From: Zootoca vivipara
Taxonomy: Eukaryota
Reading direction: 5' to 3'
DNA: 64,000 nucleotides
Assembly (NCBI RefSeq): GCF_963506605.1
Contig: NC_083283.1
Coordinates: 60,388,001 to 60,452,000 of the forward strand
Made by a program: the position numbers and the translations under genes
Notes under the pieces: generated by a model
What the model was told of the DNA's origin: nothing
What the model saw: only the letters and a program-made list of their open reading frames with translations
Database searches by the model: none
Shown here: piece by piece, positions 36,881 through 49,000 of the stretch
Numbering within the stretch: the stretch's first letter is position 1
Layout: every line of letters begins with the position of its first letter

Positions 36881-37526
36881 TGTGGGTGGAAATCAGCATG
36901 ATTTAAATGAATGCCCTACTCCACTCAATACAGGTCAGTCTGCTATACTTTATGATACATGGAGGTGATCATATGCTCACCTAGGTACACTTTATAGGTT
37001 TACTTGTGATTTTCTAGAGTTCGCTACCCGATAACTAACTTGTCTTGACGACTGGTCACAAAATAACTAGCCTGGCCCCTGCATTTCATGCACAGACATT
37101 CCTAGTGTTTTCTAGGGAACAACAATGCAATGTTTGGCCTGCTTCAAACAGTAAGGCATTCCTGGAGTGTAGCACTTAATACCTGAATTGGTTCCTTTGG
37201 AAGAAAGTCACTGGAGGCTTATGGTGTTATGTAGTACTAGCTGGCCCTTCCACGCATTGCTGTGGCTTAGTCTGTTAAATGGGGCCCTCAGAGTCCCCCT
37301 TCAGACTCCTCCCCCACCCCCATGGCTCAGCCCTGTGATTGGCCCCACCCTGTCCCAATCCATGACCTTTCTCCACCCCTCCTCCACCCATCCCCCACCC
37401 AGGGGAGCTCCCACCTCTAATCGGCCTAGTTGTTGTGGCTTAGTCTGTTAAATGGGCCCTCAGAGTCCCCCTTCAAACTCCCCTGTAGGCCCCACTGTGG
37501 TTTAGTCTGTTAAACGGGCCCTCATC

Positions 37527-37763
37527 CACGGAGCAATGGATTCAAACTACAAGAAAGAAGATTCCACCTAAACATTAGGAAGAACTTCCTGATAGTAAGA
37601 GCTGTTCGGCAGTGGAATTTGCTGCCAAGGAGTGTGGTGGAGTCTCCTTCTTTGGAGGTCTTAAAGCAGAATGTCAAGAATGCTTTGATAGTGTTTCCTG
37701 CTTGGCAGGGGGTTGGACTGGATGGCCCTTGTGGTCTCTTCCACCTCTATGATTCTATGATTC
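37527..37763 (+). mobile_element. CR1 3' fragment nested in the Helitron
   Basis: Nearly identical to the 3' half of 4718-5206; (ATTCTATG)n tail. Confidence 0.9.
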
Positions 37764-37947
37764 AGAGCCCCCCTTTTGACTCCTCCTCCCACCCCATGGG
37801 TCATCCCTGTGATTGGCCCCACCCTGTCTCAACCCATGACCTTTCCTGCCCCCTCCTCCCCCATCCACCACCCAGGGGAGCCCCCACCTCTAATCGGCCT
37901 AGTTGTTATGGCTTAGTTAAATGGGCCCTCAGAGTCCCCCTTCAAAC

Positions 37948-38037
37948 CATAGCTGCCAAGTTTTCCCTTTTCTCGCGAGGAAGCCTATTCAGCATAAGGG
38001 AATTTCCCTTTAAAAAAGGGATAACTTGGCAGCTATG
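37948..38037 (+). mobile_element. 90-bp MITE copy 5 (inside the Helitron)
   Basis: Same TIR; 9-bp TSD CCTTCAAAC; the empty site is visible in the sister repeat unit at ~37461-37490. Confidence 0.93.
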
Positions 38038-41002
38038 CCTTCAAACTCCCCTGTAGGCCCCACTTTGGTTTAGTCTGTTAAATGGGCCCTCAGAGTCCCC
38101 CTTTTGACTCTTCCCCCATCCCACCAGGCCCGGGCTCATCCCTGTGATCGGCCCCACCCTGTCCCGAACTATGACCTTTCCTGCCCCTCCTCCCCCCACC
38201 CCTCTCCCCACCCAGGGGAACCCCCATCTCTATTCGGCCGAGCTGCTGTGGAGTGGGAAGCTTTCCAACCTGCAGTACCAGTGTAGCCGCCAGTAGAGGC
38301 CGCTGTTGTACAAGGTCTCCTGATGCTATTTCCCAGCATGCACTTTAGGGTGAGTTGTGTGTTTTTGAACACGGGGTATTTGGGGTTTTACGTGGCCCAG
38401 GTGTGACATTTGTCTTTGAAAACGGAATGGGCTTGCTATTCCAGTCGCATTTGACTTTGTGTTAAAATTTGAACACAATCAGTCCAGCAGTTTTGTTGAA
38501 CATTGGAGAGGAACACACATGCCCAGTTTACATTTATATATATATATAGATTTTACTTCAGTTACATTAATAAATGTATAATTTATTTGTGTGGTTATAC
38601 AGGCTGAGCATAGGTGAAGGCACACAGCCTAAACACTTCAAAAGCAAATCATGCTTCCCCACATGATGATCTCCAGAGAGAGGTAACCCAGTCAGGTGGG
38701 TGGTATATAAATAATAAATTGTTGTTGTTGTTACCTACTTTCTGTAGTTTTCTTCTTGGTTCTCTTGTTGCTGTTTTCCCTATTGATCTGCTCTCAAACC
38801 AAGTTCACTTCCCACCCTCACTAGAGATCTTGAGATTTCACCAGAACCTGCCAGTATGGTTGCTGCTTCATGGGCAGTGGCGGATGACCTAGATAAGGGA
38901 GGTTTTGGCGGGGGCGGGATAGCACCTTACCATTTCACATTGGGCGACGAAACAGGGTGCCCTGCCCTGGTAGAAGTGGAAAGGGGATGGAAGGAAGAGT
39001 GCAGTGTCATGAGCTAAGAAAGAAGAGCCTGAAGGAAGGGTAGGTGGAGAATGAGATGATGGATAAGGGAGTTCTAGGAAGTCTGGTCAAGAGGTAAGTA
39101 GCAGTCGCATTCTTATGACATGCGGTTCCACCTACTGTATATTGAGTAACAGCATACATTTATCTGATGGATTTTAACAATGATCCAGTGAAGCAAGTCT
39201 TACACAAAGGACCAAAGTAGAAGTTGCTTAGGAGATCTGTGGTTAGAACTTCCCACTTTTCTCCCTTTCTTGAAAAGTTGCTGCACAACCTTCCCCCACT
39301 ATCAGTTTGGACTGAGGCTGTGGTGCAGTCGTGGGGAGAGGTCTGCTGCCTTACCCCCCTCTTCCATAGTATTGGACCGAAATCAGCTCCCTTTTCCAAC
39401 CAAGAAACACAAGCTGGCTAGCAAAAGTAATATAACATCAAATTGAGTGTCAGGTAGGAGGACAATGGCCAGGTGGGCAGTTTCAGTGCTTTAGAAACCG
39501 TCTCACTATTACTGGCTTTCAAAGCTCAGTTTAATAATATCTACTCTCACAACTTGTGAGAGTCTGAGGCTCACCCAGGAAGCAGCAAACAGGCCAATTT
39601 TGGGGGCTGAGATGAGGTGTTGATTTCTGGACTCTTCCCATTTGCTCTCTTCCCAGGCACATCTTAAGGGACATAAGGAATTATGGAATTTAAACAGCAA
39701 CAACAAAAACCCCAAATTTAAAAGCACACAAGTAAAAAAAGCAGTGAAAAGCAATTCTAAACAGTTTAAACAATTAGAACAACAAGTACTTGATGTGATG
39801 TCATATAACACGCCCAGCAAACAAATCGGGATGACTGCTCAAGAAATAAGTTGCCTGGAAGCAACCAGAGATACCTTCCTAATCCTGCAATCTAAGATTT
39901 ACATGAAGATACTAGGGATTGAACCTGAGGCTTTCTGCATGCAAAGCACAAACTGTACTACCCTTCCCTGAATTAAATGGAGGCACTGTTGCATGCCTGC
40001 ATAATTTCTTTGGAACCTGGATGATATCCCAGGACACATGGGAATACAAATCCTTCTTTGCGTTTGTGACTGCAAGCCACTATACCAGCATTTTTTATTT
40101 TGTATGTATAGTGTTTTAGCAAAATACCCCAAACCAACACCAGATACCTTTCAAGAATGGCAATAAATGATGCCACCACGAGGACACAATTGTTTTACAC
40201 ATGCTGCGCACTTCTCCGCTTTAGTGTTCTTTTGCCACTGAAAACATTTATCAAAGACTTTGACAATGACATTTTCATGCCAATTATGCCGGAGAGCAAC
40301 TTCGATCCCAGAGGACTGCATTTCACCTGTCTATTTTTCAGCCTTCAGCTCAGACAGCAACAAATCAAAACGTTGGGAGGGTAATCAATTTGTTGTTGTT
40401 CTTGATGCTGTGGCTGCTATTTTGTTTCTTTAATTGATTTTTTTTTCCTGACAGCGCAATTGGTGCAATCAGTTTAAGTGATTCAGCTTGGCCAAATGAA
40501 TCATCAAGGGTGATTTGTAGGTTTTCCTAGGCAATGTCTTGTTTGCCCAAGTTTAATCAGAGCGTGTTGAGAAGTGATAGCATATTATTCAAACTGTCAG
40601 CCATTAAAACCTTCCTAGAACAGAGTTTATAAGGGCAACATATGAGCTTGACATCTTGAGAGACAGGGAGACAGAAGGGGCGAAGACACCTTTCCTTTTC
40701 TGTGACTTTGAAAAAAATAATTTAATATGGCTGACAACAAGCAGGGCTGTGTGTACTCTGCACTTTCAAAAAATACTGGTGTAATGTGCCAAGAAAAGCA
40801 TAATTATTTATTGCCACTCATCACATGGTTGCTGCACGAGGCCTTTGGTGGCAGAGCAACAACTGCTTTTGATTTTTGATTCTGATCAGTGATCTCTTAC
40901 TGTTATTGGTTGGCTTTTGCTTGGGGAAGGGCTGAAGCTCAGGGGCAGAGCATATTGTTTAATCCAGATTTACTGCTTCTGTGGGAAGTGTCTGCCTCCT
41001 GC

Positions 41003-41369
41003 CAGCGGCGGAGCATATGCCTGTGCTGCCCAGGGGGGCAGGGGGCACTCCCGAGGGGGTGGGGCGTGGAGGGTGCCCTCCCAGGCGTGAGATAGCCGTT
41101 CAGGTGCACAGAGCAGCACACGCGCCCTGCAGATGGGGGCGGAGTGAGCCACCCACGGTGGACATTCGGTGCGCCGCCCACCCACGACTCCCAAGCCTCC
41201 CTGTCAAAACGAAAGGGAGGGGGGGAATGCCCTCGGCAAAGCGGCCCAGCTCCCCGTCTTCCCCCGACAGCTTGGGGTAGGCTAGGGAGTTGCAGGCTGG
41301 CGGTGCGCCACATGTCACTCTCCCTCAGCAAAGACACCCAGGGCGATCCACCCCCTTCCTACACCCCTG
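41003..41369. mobile_element. GC-rich hAT-type MITE
   Basis: Starts CAGCGGCGGAG, ends CCTACACCCCTG; TSD CCTCCTGC/CCTCCCGC. Confidence 0.6.
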
Positions 41370-41404
41370 CCTCCCGCATAAACCTTGAATCCCGATTAAA
41401 TGGG

Positions 41405-41654
41405 ACAGATTAATTCAGTTTCCATTACTTTCAATGGGAAAGTTCGCTTCAGGTTAAGTACGCTTCAGGTTACGTACGGACTTCCAGAACTAATTACACT
41501 CATACTTCGGGTTAAGTACGTTTCAGGTTGAGTACTCCGCGGACCTGCCTGGAACAGATTAATCCACTTTCCGTTACTTTCAATGGGAAAGTTCGCTTCA
41601 GGTTAAGTACGCTTCAGGTTAAGTACAGAATTCCGGAACCGAGGTACCACTGTA
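41405..41654. mobile_element. Truncated Tc1/mariner-type MITE with internal duplication
   Basis: Right TIR CGAGGTACCACTG|TA; duplicated block ttactttcaatgggaaagttcgcttcaggttaagtacgcttcaggtta. Confidence 0.7.
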
Positions 41655-42970
41655 GTGCAAATGGAGCCCTAATTTCAGCAGGGGGAGGGGAGGCTGCAGA
41701 CAGATCAGGCCCAGTCATGAGGCAAGTGAGGCCGCTGCTTCAAGTGGCAGAAGCCCCGCCATGACACACACCTTGTTCTGACGCTTTTCCGTTTAGGACG
41801 GAGTTGGGAGAAAGTGAGGTTGTAATGATGTTTATATCGCTGCTTTCAATTTGGGGCACCTGATACTTATGGGCTTGACATGAATTTGGTGTCATAGGCA
41901 TCTTGTGGAGAATGTAGCAAGGAGTTGGACACACTGAGAACAGCTTGCCAAAGGATCTTGCCTAAACATGGATCATTTGAAGTGTTTAAACTGGTCCTGA
42001 GGATGTTTTCTTTTGGGGAATAAATAGAGCCATTACAGGAGATTCTCATCTGATTCTGAACCTTCATGAATTGTGACAGAACCAGAATACAGAAGTCACT
42101 AAGAAATTCTATTTACAGTTTAAAAGATGTCATGATTTTTTGAATCACTTTACCTTTCTCGGTAATGCAACAAATATCTAACAAATAAAATTACTCTTCA
42201 ACTAATGCTATAACTCCTAAACTACCACATTCACAATATCTACTGTAACTCCCTTCAAAGACCTGCTCTAACCAAAGACCTCTGCCAAGTAATCCTGCAA
42301 GAGGCCATGTCACAAAGGAGGACATGTCACCGTTACCTAGCAACCTTACTCAACGATGGGCATTCTTCCTCTTACTGTTAGTTTTTTTAAAAAAAGCTTT
42401 CAATGGCTCAAACCATTTAATTAAATTAATTTTTACTATAAAGAAAAAACTAGGACACCCCTCCCTTGTCCAGGGGATTCCAGTGCAGTGCCCACTCAAA
42501 CTTTAAAATACAATATAACAAAGCATCATTATATTTTTCAAGCAAGAGTAAGACCGAGAGGCAACAAAAATACAAAACTATTGAAGTAGAACAGAGGTCA
42601 TACACTCTCTGGGCCAATAACAATTTTATAACCTGGTGCCAGAAAGACTGTAGTGTAGTTGTTATGTATTTTGTATGTGCTTTACTGCAGCTCCTAAAAC
42701 ATGGAAACCAGGATTAAAAACCTCCCCCACCCATCTCTTTCTAGGAGAATTAACAAATCTACAGAGCTATGTTAGTTCATAAAAGAAAGGAGGATACAGT
42801 ATTTTGCTCTCTTTTTGGAAATGTACGAAATGTGAAACAGGAATCAATATAGGATATTAAGAAAATGTCCTCATTTTTTGTCATGCTTGCTCATGGAAAG
42901 AGGAAGTGAGCAAGATTTTGTCCCCAGTCTCTGCACTTTGCTGCAGCTAATCCCTTACCTGCTTGTAAGG

Positions 42971-43745
42971 TAAGGTTACCAGATTTTTTCCAAAGAATCT
43001 GGGGACACTCTTTTTTTGAAAAGAGAAAAAAGGTATTTTTAAAAGTTTATTATTATTATTTTTAAAAAGTAATATCTTCTCTTCTGTGGTCTCCTCTGTT
43101 GCGTGGCCTTCCTCTGGGCCCCAACCTGCTCTCTTGGAGTGCTAGCCACCGTGGAGTAGGCTCGGGTTTGGCCACATGTCCTTGCCCTCCCGGTGCTCTT
43201 GTACCTTGTACCTCTCCTCCTCCGTGATGGCGGTGGTGGCGGCAAGGTTGGGCTCCCCTATTTTTTTTCTCCTTCCTCTTTCTCTCTCTCCCTTCTCCTT
43301 CTCTCCTCCTCCCTGCGTCGGCTCCGGGGTTTTCCTGGCCCCGGAGCGCCGCTGGGCAGTCGGCCAGGTGGCTGGGCGTTCTCGCTCCCGGCTCGATTTG
43401 GGTTGGGGGGAGGGGTCAGCGGTTCCCCCAGTTGACACGCTGAGCGTCCCCGGTTCCCCCTTGGCAGTGGCAGTCTCAGCAGCCCATAGCCAGCCTGGTA
43501 GTGCAGTTGGCTCTGGCTGGCTTCAGGAGCTGCTCACTGCCATGGTGCCTGCCATTTTGCCTTGCTGGAAGTCCCCATATAATATGTCTTGCGCCATTGA
43601 ACCAACCACGGAACATTCATTCCCTACTAATAAATCCGGGGAGATTAAATGAAATCCAGGGACATTCCGGGGATGGATTTTGTCTGGGGACAGATTTGTA
43701 AATCTGGGGACTGTCCCTGGGGAAAGGGGGCGTCTGGTAACCATA
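42971..43745. mobile_element. hAT (Blackjack-like) non-autonomous element
   Basis: Ends TAAGGTTACCAGA...TCTGGTAACCATA; repeated subterminal GGGGAC motifs; no clear TSD. Confidence 0.6.
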
Positions 43746-43846
43746 GAAAATGTTGTGGGTTGGTTTGTTTTTGCACTTTAGTACACTGCAGGTATTTTTA
43801 GGGCTACAGAGATGCCTTACATTCCCTTCTGACATAATAAGCCCAA

Positions 43847-44282
43847 TGTTATCCGGCCACCCTACTGGGTAGCATGAGTTTTCATACAAGATGAAATATA
43901 CTCGGAGTTGAGAGTGAATTTCATGCTCTTTATTCAGCTCATAGTCGTCAAAGGAGAAGAAGAGAAGAAAGGCTCTTTTCCCCCAAACATCTGCTTTTAT
44001 ACATTATTTACACAATGGGCCTTGTGTGATTGGCTACTTCAGGGCTACACCTGTGGGCCAATCAGGTTGTGGATTGACTTCTGCCAGCAGCCTGATTGGC
44101 TGCTCCTGCAGGCCAGTCAGGTTGCGGATTCACTTCTGCCAGCAGCCTGATTGGCTGCTCCTGCAGGCCAATCAGATTGCTGATTCACTTCCACCTGGAG
44201 TTGGATTGGGTGGCTCCTGCAGACCAATCAGACTGCTGCATTCTGAATTCTATTGTTCTAGGATTCAGCTCAGTACATAACA
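43847..44282 (-). mobile_element. Solo LTR with CCAAT-box array
   Basis: TGTTAT...ATAACA inverted termini; - strand TATAAAA (~43996) and AATAAA (~43928); repeated CCAAT/ATTGG; TSD imperfect. Confidence 0.7.
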
Positions 44283-45484
44283 CAAGAGTAGGTAGAGAAT
44301 TTCCAAAATGAAGATTCTGCATATAATTTAAAAAAACACATTAATTTTACTTTACAGGAAATCAGAATGTATGTGTCGTTTAAATAAAAGAGGAAGAAAA
44401 TACCTCTAAAACAGGCAAAAGGACCTTGAAAGTAGAAACACACCTGTCTTTGTAGGCAAATGCTTTAGTGTGCTGGCTGGCAAAAATAGAATTCTGGGTC
44501 AGAGACAACTTTATTTCAAGTCATTGTAAAAGGTTTCAAAATGGAGTCAGCCACTGCTTACATGGGCCTGGCAACTCAAGGCAAGCATGCATCCCACTGT
44601 GGTAGGTATCAGGTAGAGAGACTTGGCTTTGTCTCCTGTGGTTTAAATTAGAATAAAGTGTTGTTGCTGTTGCTGTTTTTATCACACTACATGTGTTAAT
44701 TGGTGTGCTATTGCCAGAATGTCTTGTGTTATCCACCAACAACTTTTTTTGTGAACAGCCACTGTTCTTAATTATCATATTCTGTACTTTTTGCATTTAA
44801 TTACCCTCTGACATCCCACCCTCTGCTTACATATGCCTACAACAGCTGGAATTCAGGATAACACACAGTGCATCTGTTGAAAAGGAAAGTAGTCCCTGAA
44901 AGCTTTTGCTGTAATTTCTGAGTCTTTCAGATGCCACAAGACCCATTGCATTTGCTGCAACCGGCTAACACATTACCCTCTGGAAAATATCATTATATTA
45001 TATGTAAATGGAGAGAAAGTGGAACTAGCTGTGAGATTTGAGAACTGCCTTTTTTTTTAAACAAAGAACAATCAATGAAAGCCACAACCGCTTCCCTGGT
45101 GAGAAGGGCCCAAAGAACTGCTGACCTGCCTTGAAAGAAGCAGTAAAAGAACAGGTTTGTTAAAAGCCAACAGCAAAGGGGGGGGGGAGCAATCTCCAGT
45201 AAAGGAACACCTCTACCCATCAACAGGAGTACGGTAGTATTTGCAATGGTGGGGCAAAGTAGATTCCAAGACGCAGTCAGAATTCACCACACCTCAGGGC
45301 AAGGCCAGATCAAGGGAGAAGGTACAGGTAACTCACAACTTATGGACATTTAAGTTTTGTGATTCTTCACTTTACTTGATTGACAGCTCACCAGTTGAAA
45401 TCGCACAAATTAAACACACGCAAAATCCTGCACAAAAAGAGTTTTTAAGCTCTCTGCCTTGCCTAGTGGGTTCTCACAAGATCT

Positions 45485-46227
45485 CGTTACCCTACAAAGG
45501 AGGATGGAATAAAAACGCTGACCCTTCAGCCAAAAGAAGACAAACTCAACGTGCAGGAAGAGTTTATATTTATTGCTGCAGCAAAAATCTAGAGACCCCA
45601 GTGAATATCTCCAAAAAGCTGGGACCCACGAAACAAAGGGTACATAAAGCTTTTATAATATTTGCAGAAAGGAATGCAATTACGACAGAAGCTTAAACCA
45701 TCATAATTGGCTATCTCTACACATGCTCAAAACACGCTCCTATGTACTATATTACAGTATATCGTAACAACACATAGTTTTAAAACAAAGCTATAAATCT
45801 GCCGTTCTTCTGCCCCCCTGCGAAATGTTGCATATTTTCCTGCCAGTGTTATCTTGCTACATGAAGAATGTATGAGTCTAATAAAATTACAGTATTGTTC
45901 TCCTGACTTTGATGTTTTCTACTGAAGGTCAGAGAGCTCTTGTCACGCTTTACTAATAAGGTGAAGCTAGAGGCCCATAATGGGTGCAAAAAGACAGAAA
46001 TGCATCTTCTTTTCACTAATTCGGGGTGCAGGAATAATTAGCAAACTGTCAGGGCTTCAGACTACAGAAGTTGGTCTTCTTGCTCTGATGCCTGGCAATA
46101 TTAGAATCATTTTGCAACGCATGTAAGCTTCTTATATGAGGAAAGAAACAAATGTCTTATATTTTAAATAAAAAACATAAAACATAAAGTAAGAAGCAGG
46201 AAGAAACAGGGAGACATTGGGGCTACA
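45485..46227 (-). mobile_element. Solo LTR (ERV-like)
   Basis: 4-bp TSD ATCT; termini (c)GTTAC...GCTACA; - strand TATAAAA ~45651-45657 and AATAAA ~45570. Confidence 0.7.
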
Positions 46228-46514
46228 ATCTCACAAGAGGGTAAGCAAGGCAGAGAGCTGGATGATGCTTAAAATCTCTCTGCCATGCTCCAGAAGGTAA
46301 GGATGGTCACGTAGGGGTGTTCCAATGGCTTATTCTGACTATATGCAATTTTGGCTTTACCTGTACACACTATCCCCAGAATGTAGCCCCTGCATAAGCT
46401 TCCTGTATACAAGGAAATATCAGGAAACAATATCAGGAAAACACTGAAGGCCAGGTGATGCTGGTGGTGACTTAGGTATAAGTCACACAGAGTTCAATGA
46501 GGCTTACTTGCAGG

Positions 46515-46998
46515 CAGTGCTTTTTAAAAATAAATAAATAAAAATGTTTAGGGGTACTCTCATTTTGGCTCAAGAAAACCACCATTTTATAGTTCAAATC
46601 AGGAAAAATAAATACAGTACAAAGAACATGCACTACCTCATATTACACAGCTGACAGTTCACAGTAACTTCCACATTGGCATGAGCTTGTATACACTAAC
46701 ATCTTCCAGGTTCCTTTCTGGGAAAGGAAAGGAAGCCGCCATCGGAGGTGGTAACAACGAAACTGACCAATCACTGTGGTAGATTCCCACTCCTACTTTA
46801 AATGCTCACTTCTGTCTGAGACTCAGGAAACACCACAACAGGAAATGAGGCCGCTATCGGGGGTAGCAACAGAACTGACGATTCACCATGCTCTAGAAGA
46901 AACTAATTTTTTTATTTAAAAAAATAGTTTCTTGTCCCGTTAGATTCACAAAATGTTTAGGGGTATGCGTACCCCTATGTACCCCCCCCAAAGCACTG
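46515..46998. mobile_element. Longer member of the CAGTGCTTT MITE family
   Basis: TIR CAGTGCTTT/AAAGCACTG; degenerate TSD CTTGCAGG/CCTACAGG. Confidence 0.7.
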
Positions 46999-47012
46999 CC
47001 TACAGGTAAGTG

Positions 47013-47147
47013 CAGGCATCCCCAAACTGCGGCCCTCCAGATGTTTTGGCCTACAACTCCCATGATCCCTAGCTAACAGGAGCAGTGGTCGGGAAGATGG
47101 GAATTGTAGTCCAAAGCATCTGGAGGGCCGAAGTTTGGGGATGCCTG
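47013..47147. mobile_element. URR1-like hAT MITE
   Basis: TIR CAGGCATCCCCAAACT; perfect TSD GGTAAGTG. Confidence 0.9.
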
Positions 47148-48299
47148 GGTAAGTGGGTACAGGACTGCAGCATAAATTGACCAGACTCTAAAAATCTGGT
47201 CTACCTGTATATGGCCATGATGTTAATTATGAGTCTCTTCCCCCCCAGAAAGATGAACTCAAAGCAACATCAAAAACAAGTGTAAAAACTAGAATAAAAA
47301 AACCCTAAAATTTCCCTTGTATCAGTGCAACATGATTATTTCCAAGTCACACTGAAACTAGAAGTGAAATTATTTCATTTAGTTGTTTGTCAGAATTACC
47401 TGTAAACTTTACTTCTTATACACTAAAAGCTTTTAGGAAGGGAAGGTTGTAAGAGCAAACCATGATTATAAATATAAAATAGCACTGGGGAATCCGTGGC
47501 CCTTCAAATGTTGCTGGACTACAACTCCCATCACCCCGGCTTGGCTGCCTGGGGTTACTGGTCCAGCAACGTATGGAGGGTCACATGTCTCCCCACCCCA
47601 CCCGGATTTAAAACAATAGTGTGCCACAGCTATTTGATTCAAGGCTTTTGAGCTGCTTGCAGGATGGGTGAACACAAAGCTTGCAAAATCACTGGTTTCA
47701 TTTTGAAGATAACAACACATAATTTTTTCCTCTTCCCCTCCTCCCCCACTGTCCATTTTGTTTTCCATTCTTGGAGCTGCTCTATTGCACTACGCCTGAA
47801 AGGGAAACTGTACTTTTTTGGCTCGTTGGAGACATTCTGTCGCTCTTGCTCTCAAGATCATTCAGCCTTATTTCAAGCCTTTTTCTCACTGGAGCACTTC
47901 AGAGTATTGTGTTGTGTATTGGACCCTCTCCACAAGCCTCATTACTAAGGGTTTATTTACCAGCTCTGGCATGTTATGAATGGCCCTTTACCTTTCTAGC
48001 ATATGGTATCAAGGCTGGTACTTAAGAGTAGCCTGCTGCATTCAGACAGGTTTTGAATATTTTTCTCTAGATCAGTTTCAAGCTTCTGTTGTTTGTTGTG
48101 CTTTTGTGCTTTACACTTCTCAAATGTCATGCGGTATCCTTGCCAGCTTGTACATTTCTTGGGAACCGTCGTATGCGGATAGCCTGTCAAGGAGATATCT
48201 TTCTGAATAAACTCTGTGTGCTTGACAGAAAAGATACAATGCTTCCACCTTTATTAGTACAATAGCTGTATCCAGTTATCCAAGGCCCTTCTAAAATAT

Positions 48300-49000
48300 T
48301 TCACACACTAAGACACCCTTTTGATCCAAGGTAGAATGTGGTTTTGTTTAACTTACCACAATAGACATCCAGAATCTAATTGTACAGCTTAATTGTTTCC
48401 CTTCCCCACTTAATTTTCTTAAGTTGGGTTGATTTGTACCTTAAGCATTACAACTGTAGAATTTTCCCACACTCCGACAATTTTCAAACGGTTCTGGGTA
48501 ATCTGAGGGTTGCTCAGTGAAAATAACGGTCATGACAGAACTGGAAGAAGATTGCAAAGTTTAAAGGCAATTGCTGAAAAATTTGAACGCTATCATCAAT
48601 TTGCTCGCAATACTCTTTTGTTTCAAACAATACAAAATTAAGTCCCTTTAAAGGCAAATTTTAATCAGGTAAATTAAAATGTACTACCACATTTGAAGAA
48701 CTATTTAAAATATTAGCGCAATTTCATTAATCTATACCACAGGGCAATTCATTGGATACTACAGAACTGAATATATTAAGATGGGGAGGGCAGGATTAGG
48801 CAAATTAACTCCAAATACGGTAATGTAGAATTTTTTTGTGGAAATATGTTCCTATGTGTTAAAAAGATGGGAAATTATCATTTAAACAAAGAAACAAGCA
48901 GTTGTACTATACTTATTTGGCAATTAAAAGCAAATATTTCAGTTGAGAAACAGACAATAATATATGTAATCTTCAGATGGGCATTGTTTAATGTTGAGCA
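48300..49000 (+). mobile_element. Possible old, degraded L1 ORF2 remnant
   Basis: A-rich strand bias and decayed coding-like composition; no intact ORF. Confidence 0.3.

Larger units (their letters stand above)
37261..38245. repeat. Higher-order tandem array (A-B-A-B-A; ~172-bp and ~63-bp units)
   Basis: Units start with (tgtgg)yttagtctgttaaatgggccctcagagtccccc or a close variant. Confidence 0.85.
37237..38550 (-). mobile_element. Non-autonomous Helitron with internal tandem array
   Basis: On the - strand it starts A|TCTATATATA (38550) and ends CTAG|T (37237), with a degenerate subterminal hairpin CCAC-N8-GTGG about 10 nt from the end and no TSD. Confidence 0.75.

Noticed and set aside
37066-37110. 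Second ACTAG-CTGGCCC Helitron-like end
   Set aside because: No clear hairpin or matching 5' end; too short to support
37261-38245. Repeat array as CRISPR-like
   Set aside because: Eukaryotic DNA; intervening segments are themselves repeated rather than unique spacers
38270-38305. CTCF-like site with upstream TGCAGTACC in the Helitron
   Set aside because: Core mismatch at a key G and atypical spacing
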